Below, in pieces: positions 38,695 to 48,039 of a stretch of DNA of 64,000 bases. The notes beneath the pieces were generated by a model. The model was not told the origin of the DNA. It ran no database searches and was given only the letters and a program-made list of their open reading frames with translations. Made by a program: the position numbers and the translations under genes. Source of the DNA: Candidatus Latescibacterota bacterium (GTDB taxonomy: Bacteria > Latescibacterota > UBA2968); contig OZ242320.1 of NCBI GenBank assembly GCA_965208125.1, positions 2,752,001 through 2,816,000 of the forward strand. The letters are read 5' to 3'. Positions within the stretch are counted from its first letter, which is position 1. Each line of letters starts with the position of its first letter.

Positions 38695-40935
38695 ATGGCA
38701 CTTCCATTGAAACCATTATCAAAGCGACAATTGCCCGGCATCACGCCAAAGGCACGTCTGATGGATCGCACTGGACAGTGGGTGATCACTGCTGGCGGCA
38801 TCGGGGTGATCCTGTCGGTGTTGGGCATTTTTCTTTTTGTGTTGATGGAGTCCTATCCCCTGTTTTTGAAGCCGAGCGTGTCCAGGGTGCATACCTTTGA
38901 TTTTTCGCACCGTCAGCCGGTTCTGTGTACGGGGGTTGACCCCTATCAGGCGGTGATGTTTGTCGTGCATGAAGCGGGGATTGATTTTGTGGATATGACT
39001 ACAAAGTCTGTGACAAAGTCTGTGTATCCCCCAGAACTACAGGGACGGCGTATTCGGGCAGCTTATCGCGCTCTGGATAACACGCATGTTGGTCTGGGGC
39101 TGGAAGACGGTACAATGCTGGGCTGCCGCGTGAATTTTGCCGTGGATTACGATGCGGAGGGAAAACAGATTGTGACGCCGTCTTTTTCTGTTGAGTCGTC
39201 GATGGTTCTAACCGATCAAGCTCTTGCACATCTCGTATTTCGGCACGATGGGGAATCCCGAAGTACGGTACTTGGTATTGCGGATTCCGGGCAACTCGTT
39301 TTGGGAATTTCCGAAACACAGCGCGGTCTTTTGGGCGGTGGTACAACAACAGTTCGCACATACGATTTGACTGATGAGATCAAAGGGCGCGCCAGGGTAG
39401 GTGCTGTGGCAAAATCGGGACGCTATGTTCTGGTGGGCACAGACCGCGGTGAAGTATTTCGGTGGGAAATTGGACGGAGGGGTTCCAATCCCAGGCTGTT
39501 GGATTATTTTCGGGTTTCCGACCAGGAGGTGACTGCGCTGGATTTTGTGCTGGGTGATGTGTCGCTCGTTGTGGGCGATTTGGGTGGTCGCGTATCTGTC
39601 TGGATGCCCGTCAGGGCGAGCGAGGGCGACAATAAAAGGGCGTTCAAAAAGATCCATACTTTGCGGTCTCATCGCGCGGCGGTGGTTGCACTGGCGTCGT
39701 CTGCTCGCGACAAACAGTTTTTATCGGGCGATGTAGCGGGAATGGTTGCATTGCATCACATGACATCGGAACAAACGTTTTTCGAATTGTCCGGTGATGG
39801 CCCCATTCGAGCCATGGCTTTCGCGCCCAAAGTGGATGGCTTTTTGACAGTGAGCGGGTCGGGGCAGGTGACGGATTTCGACCTCCAAAATCCACATCCT
39901 GAAGTGACGTTACAAACGCTTTTTGGCAAAGTGTGGTACGAGGGATATACGGAGTCTCAATACGTGTGGCAATCCACGGGGGGATCGGATGATTTTGAGC
40001 CCAAGTTGAGTATTGTACCTTTGATATTTGGCACATTTAAGGGCACGCTTTACGCCATGTTATTCGCGCTGCCTCTGGCAGTTCTGGCGGCGATTTACAC
40101 ATCGGAATTTGCGTCTCCCAACGTGCGTGGTGTGGTCAAACCCGTGGTGGAGTTGATGGCTTCGCTTCCCAGTGTGATTCTGGGCTTTTTAGCTGGTTTG
40201 TGGTTGGCACCGCTTCTGGAGACGAGGATTGTCGGTGCCCTGTTGTTGTTACCCTGTGTGCCCATTGTGGTGGTGGTATGTGCGTGGGCGTGGAGACAGA
40301 TGTCCGAAGATTTTGCGCGCAGAATACCGGATCACTGGATTCTAACTTTGTTGGCTGGTATCGCGTTGTTCGCGCTCTATCTGTCGTTCGCGCTCGGTCC
40401 GGTAGCTGAGTCGCTTTTGTTTGGCGGCAATTTTCAAGGCTGGCTGCTCGGCACAACGGGTACGCGCTACGATCAGCGCAATTGTCTGGTGGTGGGCTTT
40501 GCGATGGGATTTGCCGTAGTGCCCATTATTTATACGATCTGCGAAGATGCTCTGTCGAGTGTGCCACAGCATCTGCGCGCTGGATCACTCGCGCTTGGCG
40601 CAACGCCTTGGCAAACCGCTATCCGCGTGGTGTTGCCCACGGCGAGCCCGGGTATTTTTTCCGCGACTATGATTGGATTCGGTCGCGCTGTGGGCGAAAC
40701 GATGATTGTGTTGATGGCTACGGGCAATACTCCGATTCTGGATTGGAGCATTTTTAACGGCATGCGCACGATGTCGGCCAATATCGCCGTGGAGATTCCC
40801 GAAGCACCCCATGAAGGTACGCTTTATCGCGTGTTGTTTTTGACAGGGGTTTTGCTGGCGGCGATTACTTTTTTGGTGAATACGCTGGCAGAAGTGGTGC
40901 GGCAGCGTTTGCGCGAGAAGTATAGCAGGATCTGA
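38695..40935 (+). CDS. pstC: Phosphate ABC transporter permease PstC, long form with beta-propeller-like domain
   Basis: WD40-like repeats; KPVVELMASLPSV, GSLALGATPWQT, GRAVGETMIVLMATGN; start 38695 or 38761. Confidence 0.92.
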   Translation: MALPLKPLSKRQLPGITPKARLMDRTGQWVITAGGIGVILSVLGIFLFVLMESYPLFLKPSVSRVHTFDFSHRQPVLCTGVDPYQAVMFVVHEAGIDFVDMTTKSVTKSVYPPELQGRRIRAAYRALDNTHVGLGLEDGTMLGCRVNFAVDYDAEGKQIVTPSFSVESSMVLTDQALAHLVFRHDGESRSTVLGIADSGQLVLGISETQRGLLGGGTTTVRTYDLTDEIKGRARVGAVAKSGRYVLVGTDRGEVFRWEIGRRGSNPRLLDYFRVSDQEVTALDFVLGDVSLVVGDLGGRVSVWMPVRASEGDNKRAFKKIHTLRSHRAAVVALASSARDKQFLSGDVAGMVALHHMTSEQTFFELSGDGPIRAMAFAPKVDGFLTVSGSGQVTDFDLQNPHPEVTLQTLFGKVWYEGYTESQYVWQSTGGSDDFEPKLSIVPLIFGTFKGTLYAMLFALPLAVLAAIYTSEFASPNVRGVVKPVVELMASLPSVILGFLAGLWLAPLLETRIVGALLLLPCVPIVVVVCAWAWRQMSEDFARRIPDHWILTLLAGIALFALYLSFALGPVAESLLFGGNFQGWLLGTTGTRYDQRNCLVVGFAMGFAVVPIIYTICEDALSSVPQHLRAGSLALGATPWQTAIRVVLPTASPGIFSATMIGFGRAVGETMIVLMATGNTPILDWSIFNGMRTMSANIAVEIPEAPHEGTLYRVLFLTGVLLAAITFLVNTLAEVVRQRLREKYSRI

Positions 40936-40945
40936 TGTTCTGGAG

Positions 40946-42553
40946 ATGGATGTGAAAAATTTTTGGAAAACAGGTGTGCCATTTATCTGGTTGACCGGTA
41001 GCGCGCTGGCGCTTTGTTTGCTTATGATTACAGGGCTGATCGCGCTGGTTATGTACAATGGCACCGGATTTTTCTGGCCCTCGGATATCGAAGCAGTGAT
41101 ACTCAAAGATGGTCGGAAAGCGATGGGGCAGCGGTGGGGCAAACAGGAGATTCCAGCATCGCATCGAACGGGATCCGGGCTATTTCGCATTCAGCTCAAA
41201 GTGGGCAATCGCGATGTGTATAGCAGCGATTTTCAATGGATAGATGAATCGGATATTCAATCGACGGACTATCCCGTAGATGCGGTGGTTTTTGAGCGGC
41301 GCGAGTGGGGCAATTTTTACGGGTTTATCGAAGCTCTGTACGAAGGTGAAACCCAGATGTCGAATACATGGGATGTGCTGCAAGCACAATTGGATAATAC
41401 CCGGCAACGACACGAACAGATTCGGCGAATTGAAAAAGATGCGATTGGCGACTTAAATCGGCAAATTGAAAATCTGCGACTAAAAAAACGCGAGATAGAA
41501 TTGGGTGGTGGAAATGCCGATGAAGTGGATGCGATTGATCGAGAGAACCGAACCTATTGGGAAGCTTATGAACAATTGGCTGACCAACTGGCGCAATTGC
41601 GTGCAGCCAACGAGACCTACCGCATAGATGTGCGGTTAATTGGCGGCGAGGTGCGGCAGATTGCCACGGCCGATATCGTGCGTGCTTATCGTCCCAATCG
41701 GCTGGGGATTTTGGGAAAAATGAGCGTTTATTTTGAGCGCGTTGGGGAATTTTTATTTGCTGAACCCCGTGAATCCAATACAGAAGGCGGGGTATTTCCC
41801 GCGATCTTTGGCACTGTTATGATGGTTTTTTTGATGAGTTTGGCGGCTGTGCCATTTGGTATCTTGGCCGCGCTCTATTTGCGCGAATACGCCAGGCAAG
41901 GTATTTTAGTTAGAGTGATTCGCATTGCGGTTAATAATCTGGCGGGTGTACCTTCTATTGTTTTTGGGATGTTTGGACTGGGATTTTTTGTTTATGGCAT
42001 TGGCGGAAGTATTGATCAACTCTTTTTTCCCGAAGCGTTGCCCACGCCCACATTTGGTACTGGCGGCATTTTGTGGGCTTCGTTGACCCTGGCATTGCTG
42101 ACAGTGCCGGTGATGATCGTTTCTGCTGAAGAAGCCCTTTCTGCCGTGCCGAGCGATGTGCGTGCCGGGTCGCTGGCTCTGGGGGCGACCAAGTTGCAGA
42201 CCATTTTGCGCGTGGTTTTGCCCGGCGCGCTGCCGGGTATTCTCACAGGCATTATTCTCGTGATTGCGCGCGGTGCTGGCGAAGTGGCTCCGCTGATGAT
42301 TACTGGCGTTGTGAAATTGGCTCCTGCGTTGCCCATGGATGGTATCTGGCCCTTTTTTCACCTGGAACGCAAGTTTATGCATCTGGGGTTTCACATTTAC
42401 GATGTGGGTTTCCAGTCGCCCAATGTCGAGGCGGCTCGTCCCATGGTATATACGACGACTTTATTGCTGATGGGAATTGTACTGGCTCTGAATCTGGTGG
42501 CTATTCTGGTTCGCAATCGGCTTCGCAAGCGCGTTGGTGGTGCGACGTTTTGA
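40946..42553 (+). CDS. pstA: Phosphate ABC transporter permease PstA, long form with coiled coil
   Basis: PRESNTEGGVFPAIFGT, NNLAGVPSIVFG, ARGAGEVAPL. Confidence 0.95.
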   Translation: MDVKNFWKTGVPFIWLTGSALALCLLMITGLIALVMYNGTGFFWPSDIEAVILKDGRKAMGQRWGKQEIPASHRTGSGLFRIQLKVGNRDVYSSDFQWIDESDIQSTDYPVDAVVFERREWGNFYGFIEALYEGETQMSNTWDVLQAQLDNTRQRHEQIRRIEKDAIGDLNRQIENLRLKKREIELGGGNADEVDAIDRENRTYWEAYEQLADQLAQLRAANETYRIDVRLIGGEVRQIATADIVRAYRPNRLGILGKMSVYFERVGEFLFAEPRESNTEGGVFPAIFGTVMMVFLMSLAAVPFGILAALYLREYARQGILVRVIRIAVNNLAGVPSIVFGMFGLGFFVYGIGGSIDQLFFPEALPTPTFGTGGILWASLTLALLTVPVMIVSAEEALSAVPSDVRAGSLALGATKLQTILRVVLPGALPGILTGIILVIARGAGEVAPLMITGVVKLAPALPMDGIWPFFHLERKFMHLGFHIYDVGFQSPNVEAARPMVYTTTLLLMGIVLALNLVAILVRNRLRKRVGGATF

Positions 42554-42576
42554 ATAGGTGAGAGAAAGGAATCGCG

Positions 42577-43389
42577 ATGGCTGAAGCAGAACTTGCAAAT
42601 ACACGGTCCGATGAAGCAATTGTTCCAGATATTCAGAATCCCATTGTCACCATATCTAATCTGAGCCTGTATTACGGCGAGACGCAGGCCCTTTTTGACA
42701 TTGACATGCAGATTCCCGAGTATCAGGTAACGGCTTTGATCGGTCCTTCGGGGTGCGGGAAGTCAACGCTGTTGCGGTGCATGAATAGGCTGAACGATTT
42801 GATCGATTCGGTGCGTATCGAGGGTGCGGTTGAAATTGATAATGACGACATTTACAGTTCTGGTTATGATGTGATTTCGTTGCGCCGCCGGGTCGGGATG
42901 GTATTTCAAAAGTCCAATCCTTTTCCCAAGTCGATCTATGAGAATCTCGTTTACGGTTTGCGAATTGCAGGTGAAAATCGGCGGGCGGTGCTCAATGAGG
43001 TGGTGGAACGCAGTTTGCAGGCTGCCGCGCTTTGGGATGAAGTAAAAGACCGGCTCGATGACAGTGCTCTGGGGCTTTCGGGAGGACAACAGCAGAGGTT
43101 GTGCATTGCGCGTGCAATTGCCGTTGAGCCTGCGGTGATCTTGATGGATGAACCCTGTTCAGCACTGGATCCAATTGCGACAGGGCGCATTGAGGAGACA
43201 ATAGAAGAGCTCAAAAAGCAATATACGATTGTAATTGTAACACACAATATGCAACAAGCGTCGCGCATTTCGGACTATACGGCGTTTTTCTATTTGGGGC
43301 GTTTGATTGAGATGGCCGAAACGAGTGAGATGTTTACCAATCCGCAGCTCAAACAAACCGAAGATTATGTGACGGGGCGGTTTGGCTAA
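42577..43389 (+). CDS. pstB: Phosphate ABC transporter ATP-binding protein
   Basis: [42 protein letters not shown]. Confidence 0.98.
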   Translation: MAEAELANTRSDEAIVPDIQNPIVTISNLSLYYGETQALFDIDMQIPEYQVTALIGPSGCGKSTLLRCMNRLNDLIDSVRIEGAVEIDNDDIYSSGYDVISLRRRVGMVFQKSNPFPKSIYENLVYGLRIAGENRRAVLNEVVERSLQAAALWDEVKDRLDDSALGLSGGQQQRLCIARAIAVEPAVILMDEPCSALDPIATGRIEETIEELKKQYTIVIVTHNMQQASRISDYTAFFYLGRLIEMAETSEMFTNPQLKQTEDYVTGRFG

Positions 43390-43400
43390 GCAGAGGAGTA

Positions 43401-44084
43401 ATGATTATGGAGCGTACTCTTGACCAGCATCTCGACCACCTCAAAGGTGAGTTGTTGAAGATGGGCAGTGCGGTGGAAGAGTCGATTGAACAGGCAGTAC
43501 AATCGCTTGTAGAACGCGACAATCACCTCGCCGATGTGGTTGAAGAGGGTGGGCATCACATTGACGATTGGGAAGTGGAGATAGAAGAAGAGTGTTTGAA
43601 GTTGCTGGCTGTGCAGCAACCGGTGGCTGGCGATTTGCGCCTGGTGGCGAGTATGATAAAGATCAATTACGATCTCGAGCGCATCAATGATCAGGCGGTG
43701 AATATCGCGCAGCGCGCCCGCTTGCTCAATCAGATGCCGCAATTGAAACCGCTGATCGATATTCCGCGGATGGCTGTGTTAGCACGGGGTATGGTCAGGG
43801 ATGCTTTAGATGCTTTTGTCAATCGCGACGTGGAATTGGCCAATAAGGTGCGTAAAATTGACGATACAATGGATGCGTTGCGCGATCAAATTTTTCGGGA
43901 GTTGTTGACGTACTTAAACACGGGTATGTCCGCGACTGTAGATCAGGCAATTTTGCTCATTCTCGTGTCCCGGCATTTGGAGCGCATAGGCGATCATTCA
44001 TCCAATATTGCCGAAAATGTCGTCTATCTCGTTCAGGGACGCATTGTGAGACATCAAAAGGAGGAATTGCGCGCAGAGGAGTAA
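43401..44084 (+). CDS. phoU: Phosphate signaling complex protein PhoU
   Basis: QQPVAGDLR, DLERINDQAVNIA, HLERIGDHSSNIAE. Confidence 0.97.
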   Translation: MIMERTLDQHLDHLKGELLKMGSAVEESIEQAVQSLVERDNHLADVVEEGGHHIDDWEVEIEEECLKLLAVQQPVAGDLRLVASMIKINYDLERINDQAVNIAQRARLLNQMPQLKPLIDIPRMAVLARGMVRDALDAFVNRDVELANKVRKIDDTMDALRDQIFRELLTYLNTGMSATVDQAILLILVSRHLERIGDHSSNIAENVVYLVQGRIVRHQKEELRAEE

Positions 44085-44104
44085 TCCCTCTTTGTGGCGA
44101 ACAC

Positions 44105-44148
44105 TGTCGCGTAAATGACACGCGATTGTAACACCGCGATGATATCAT
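44105..44148 (+). promoter_or_regulatory. Third Pho-box-like array with extended -10, downstream of phoU
   Basis: TGTCGCG 44105, TGACACG 44116, TGTAACA 44127, then TGn-TATCAT 44143; same box-to-(-10) spacing as the porin promoter. Confidence 0.7.
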
Positions 44149-44154
44149 ATCCAA

Positions 44155-44211
44155 AGCACGACGTATTCTCCCTCTTGGGAACCGGCCCGCGACCCGGTTC
44201 CCATTTTTTTT
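44155..44211 (+). ncRNA. Candidate ~55-nt small RNA (Pho-regulated, CU-rich seed)
   Basis: Lies between the Pho-box promoter and a strong terminator; single-stranded TTCTCCCTCT; no ORF fits inside the predicted unit. Confidence 0.5.
44176..44211 (+). terminator. Intrinsic terminator (pst operon and candidate sRNA)
   Basis: TGGGAACCGG-cccgcgac-CCGGTTCCCA followed by T8. Confidence 0.9.
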
Positions 44212-44240
44212 GCCCCGAACATGAATTCGGGGCTTTTTCG

Positions 44241-44269
44241 TTGACCCAAAATTGGTACCTGTGTATTTT
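44241..44269 (+). promoter_or_regulatory. sigma70-type promoter for the Nudix-cox operon
   Basis: TTGACC-N17-TATTTT. Confidence 0.55.
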
Positions 44270-44318
44270 ACTATCTGGAGATGCTACTATATTATATTAG
44301 TATTAAAAAATAAGGTGG

Positions 44319-44867
44319 TTGACCTCTTTGCCCAATTGCATAAAATCCGAAGCCCGATTTTGCGAGCGCTGTGGGACTTTGCTGGTTGTAAAAGCAGTTG
44401 AAGATCGGGAGAGGCCTTGTTGTCCGTCGTGTGGATTTGTGGCCTATCTCGATCCCAAGGTAGCAGCCGGGGTTATTGTAACCCTCGATGGTGGCGTTGT
44501 CCTGCTCAAGCGCAATATTGATCCCGGGTTTGGCAAGTGGGTGTTCCCCGGCGGATATGTGGATGCGGGCGAGCCTACCGATGTCGCGGCTGTGCGCGAA
44601 ACCCGCGAGGAAGTGGGGTTAGAGGTCGAGATCGGCGAGTTGCTCGGTGTGTTGTCTTATGAAGGGGAGCGGGTGGTGCTGATTGTTTATACCGGACGGG
44701 TTGTGGGCGGAAAGTTGGAAGGCAATTTTGAATCGCAGGCTGTGGCTACATTTGCCCCTCGGGATATTCCATGGAATGATCTGGCTTTTGACACAACGAG
44801 AGAGGCATTGCAAATTTGGGTGGCGCAGTATGGCGAAGTGTACGAAAAAGAAAGGTTATTATGCTGA
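44319..44867 (+). CDS. NUDIX hydrolase with N-terminal zinc ribbon
   Basis: FCERCG..CPSCG, PGGYVDAGE..AAVRETREEVG Nudix box. Confidence 0.92.
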   Translation: MTSLPNCIKSEARFCERCGTLLVVKAVEDRERPCCPSCGFVAYLDPKVAAGVIVTLDGGVVLLKRNIDPGFGKWVFPGGYVDAGEPTDVAAVRETREEVGLEVEIGELLGVLSYEGERVVLIVYTGRVVGGKLEGNFESQAVATFAPRDIPWNDLAFDTTREALQIWVAQYGEVYEKERLLC

Positions 44868-45772
44868 ATTCTATTGAAGATGTTGAAGAGCGGTTTGCCG
44901 AGCAGGGTTATATCACTGACCGCACATTGGCAACGACGATTTTTTTGGCACAGTCGCTTGGCAAACCAATTTTTCTGGAGGGAGAACCAGGCGTTGGAAA
45001 GACAGAAGTGGCCAAAGTTATGGCCAGTATTTTTGATACTGAATTGATTCGATTGCAGTGCTATGAAGGCATTGATGCCAATACGGCATTGTACGAGTGG
45101 AACTATCCGCGCCAGATGCTGGAGTTAAGGCTTGAAGAAGCGCAGGGGATCGACAAGGCCGAAATTGGTCAGAATATTTTTCGCGAAGATTTTTTGCTCA
45201 AGCGCCCCCTTTTGTCGGCTCTTGAGGGTAGCGCAGAAAAGCAACAGGTGTTGTTGATTGACGAAGTGGATCGGTCGGATGAAGAGTTTGAAGCGTTTTT
45301 GCTCGAAGTGTTGTCCGATTTCCAGATTACGATTCCCGAAATTGGTGCGATAAGAGCGATGCAAGTGCCGTTTGTCGTGCTTACGTCCAACCGCACGCGC
45401 GAGTTGCACGATGCACTGAAGCGCCGGTGTTTGTATTTGTGGATTGATTATCCCACGTTTAGCAAAGAAATGGATATTGTGCGGTCGCGTGTGTCGGGCG
45501 TGCAGAACGAATTGGCACAACAGGTTTGCGGGTTTATGCAATTGTTGCGCAATCGCGATTTTTACAAAAAACCCGGCGTTGCCGAAACGATTGATTGGGC
45601 GCTGGCTCTAATGGCTATGCAAGTTGACGAATTGGATCCTCAGACAGTTGATGCGACATTGGGATGCGTTTTGAAGTATAAAGAAGATATTGAAAAAATT
45701 CAGGAAGACGGCCTGCCACAACTGATTGAGAAGGCCCGATTGTTAAAAGAACGCACGCAAGTTGCCGTTTAG
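44861..45772 (+). CDS. MoxR family AAA+ ATPase (CoxD-like)
   Basis: LEGEPGVGKTE, RLQCYEGID, LLIDEVDRSDEEFEAFLLE, TSNRTRELHDALKRRC. Confidence 0.93.
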   Translation: MLNSIEDVEERFAEQGYITDRTLATTIFLAQSLGKPIFLEGEPGVGKTEVAKVMASIFDTELIRLQCYEGIDANTALYEWNYPRQMLELRLEEAQGIDKAEIGQNIFREDFLLKRPLLSALEGSAEKQQVLLIDEVDRSDEEFEAFLLEVLSDFQITIPEIGAIRAMQVPFVVLTSNRTRELHDALKRRCLYLWIDYPTFSKEMDIVRSRVSGVQNELAQQVCGFMQLLRNRDFYKKPGVAETIDWALALMAMQVDELDPQTVDATLGCVLKYKEDIEKIQEDGLPQLIEKARLLKERTQVAV

Positions 45773-45780
45773 GAGATTAT

Positions 45781-46917
45781 ATGCCAAGGACTATGCTGGG
45801 ACGAGTTGTCGGTTTTTCAAGGGCTTTGCACAGTGCAGGTGTTGAAGTCAATGCGGGCAATCTCATCGATTTGTGCGACAGTTTTCAATATATCAGCCTG
45901 CACAATCGAAGCGATTTTTACGCTGCTGCGCGTGCAACACTGGTGTCGCGTTACGACGATCTGGAGACTTTTGACGAGGTTTTCAGGACTTTCTGGGCGC
46001 GGCCGATTTTGCCCGACGATATGACGCTGACCGATACGGATGCTGGCGGAGATCCAGATCTCGATGTGCAGGCAGATGTCAATGAGGTGGTGGATACCGC
46101 AGATTTGCAGGAAGAGGCCGAGGGGGAGGGCGAATCCGAGGAGGTTGGGTATAGCCCCGATGAGGCCTTGATGGCGAAAGATCTGGCGGCAATGTCCGAT
46201 CGCGAGATTGAGCAGGCCCGAAAGGTGATTCACGAGATTGTGAATATTATTGCCAATCGCCGCAGTCGCAGGCGCGTGCCCGAAAATCGGGGGGCTGAAC
46301 TGGATTTCAGGCGCACATGGCGGCGCAATGCACTATATGGTTCTGATGGTGTGGAATTGATGATGAAGCGGCGGCGCATCAAAAAGACCAAGCTGATGTT
46401 GTTGTGTGATGTGAGTGGGTCTATGGATTGTTATAGCCGCTTTTTAATCCGCTTTATCTACGCGCTCAAGCGCGAAATCCGAGATGTGGAGGTCGGGGTG
46501 TTTTCCACGCGGATGACCGCGATTTCGCGGCTGCTGAAAACAAAAGGTATTGAAGAGTCACTCGTGGAAGTGGCTGATACAGTACACGACTGGGCAGGTG
46601 GAACAGATATTGGCGGGTGTTTGCGCGAGTTTAACGATCAGTTTGCGCGCGATATGTTGCACTCGCGCACTGTGATGATTATTGTGAGCGATGGCTGGGA
46701 TCGGGGTGATCCCGATTTGATGCGGCAAGAGATGGCGCGCTTGCGAAAGCGCGTGCATAAGTTGATGTGGCTCAACCCGCTTTTGGGTACGCCGGGGTAT
46801 CAGCCCCTGTGTTTGGGGATGAAGACAGCACTTCCATATCTGGATTATTTTTTGCCCGCACACAATCTGGAGAGTTTGATTCAACTTGCCCGAACACTGC
46901 GGTCTGTTTGGAAGTAG
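45781..46917 (+). CDS. VWA domain protein (CoxE-like)
   Basis: DVSGSM MIDAS, WAGGTDIG, VSDGWDRGD, WLNPL. Confidence 0.92.
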   Translation: MPRTMLGRVVGFSRALHSAGVEVNAGNLIDLCDSFQYISLHNRSDFYAAARATLVSRYDDLETFDEVFRTFWARPILPDDMTLTDTDAGGDPDLDVQADVNEVVDTADLQEEAEGEGESEEVGYSPDEALMAKDLAAMSDREIEQARKVIHEIVNIIANRRSRRRVPENRGAELDFRRTWRRNALYGSDGVELMMKRRRIKKTKLMLLCDVSGSMDCYSRFLIRFIYALKREIRDVEVGVFSTRMTAISRLLKTKGIEESLVEVADTVHDWAGGTDIGGCLREFNDQFARDMLHSRTVMIIVSDGWDRGDPDLMRQEMARLRKRVHKLMWLNPLLGTPGYQPLCLGMKTALPYLDYFLPAHNLESLIQLARTLRSVWK

Positions 46918-46926
46918 GGGGATGTT

Positions 46927-48018
46927 ATGGCTGGTCGTGATGTTTTTCAAGAGGCACTGACTCTGATTTCTCAGGGGGAAAAGGCCGCCTTATCGACTAT
47001 TGTATCGAGTAAGGGGTCTTTGCCGATGAGCAAAAAGGCCAAGATGCTCGTGCGTCCCGATGGCGTGATTATAGGTACGGTGGGCGGCGGTTGTTTGGAA
47101 GCCGATGTGTGGGCCGAAGCCCGTCATGTGATGGAAACCGAAGCACCGACGTTGCAGAAGTTTATTTTGACGGAGAAACACGCGGGCGAAAATGGCCTCA
47201 ATTGCGGTGGCAATGTCGAGATTTTTACCGAACCTCTGCTGCCCGATCGCGCAGATGATATGCTCGCCGAGATTGCGCGAGTTCGCAAAGTGCGCGGTTC
47301 GGCTGTGTTGGCGACACTGGTTTCGGGCGGCGATCAGGTGGGTGCGAAGTTACTGGTACATCCCGATGGTAGAACAGTGGGGAGCCTGGGCCATGATCTT
47401 GCCGAAGCCTGTGTGCGCGAAGAGGTGGCGGCTTTTGAGGCGATTCCGGAGAGTTTGCTCAAAGTTATAAAGATCGGCTCGGAACCCGTTGTGGTCTTTT
47501 TGGAATCTATTTGTCCCGAACCCACGCTGTTTTTGTTTGGTGGGGGGCATGTGTCCTATGCCATTGCACAGATTGCACATTCGGTCGGGTTTCGGATTGT
47601 GGTTATTGACGACCGGCCCATGTTTGCCAACAAAGAGCGGTTTCCCATGGCGAGTGAGACGCTGACGCTGGAGATGGAGACGGCTTTTGATCATCTAATT
47701 GTTGACGATTTGTCTTATGTGGTGGCTGTGACGCGGGGACACCAGCACGACAAGCCGGTCATTGAGCAGGCAATAAATACTCAGGCGGCGTATGTCGGTA
47801 TGATTGGCAGCCGTCGCAAGATCGCATTGATGTGGAAAGAGTTTGAGGCCAAAGGCATTCCGCGAGAAAAATTGGATGCGGTTCACGCGCCGATTGGATT
47901 GGATATCGGTGCAGATACGCCCGAAGAAATCGCCGTGAGTATTGTGTCAGAACTCATTCAGGTGCGCCGGTCACAAGGGAAACCCATTCACCAGGGTATG
48001 TCGCTGTCATCGGTGTGA
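46927..48018 (+). CDS. XdhC/CoxI family molybdenum-hydroxylase accessory protein
   Basis: GTVGGGCLE, CGG, FGGGHV, VIDDRP, TRGHQHD, YVGMIGSRRK, APIGLDIGADTPEEIAVSI. Confidence 0.93.
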   Translation: MAGRDVFQEALTLISQGEKAALSTIVSSKGSLPMSKKAKMLVRPDGVIIGTVGGGCLEADVWAEARHVMETEAPTLQKFILTEKHAGENGLNCGGNVEIFTEPLLPDRADDMLAEIARVRKVRGSAVLATLVSGGDQVGAKLLVHPDGRTVGSLGHDLAEACVREEVAAFEAIPESLLKVIKIGSEPVVVFLESICPEPTLFLFGGGHVSYAIAQIAHSVGFRIVVIDDRPMFANKERFPMASETLTLEMETAFDHLIVDDLSYVVAVTRGHQHDKPVIEQAINTQAAYVGMIGSRRKIALMWKEFEAKGIPREKLDAVHAPIGLDIGADTPEEIAVSIVSELIQVRRSQGKPIHQGMSLSSV

Positions 48019-48039
48019 AGTGAGAAGCATAAAGACGGA

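Noticed and set aside
44115-44300. 61-aa ORF after phoU
   Set aside because: It starts inside the Pho-box array, has no SD, and crosses a strong terminator and the next promoter.
44861-48018. Aerobic CO dehydrogenase locus
   Set aside because: Only accessory genes are present; there is no coxL, coxM or coxS in the window.
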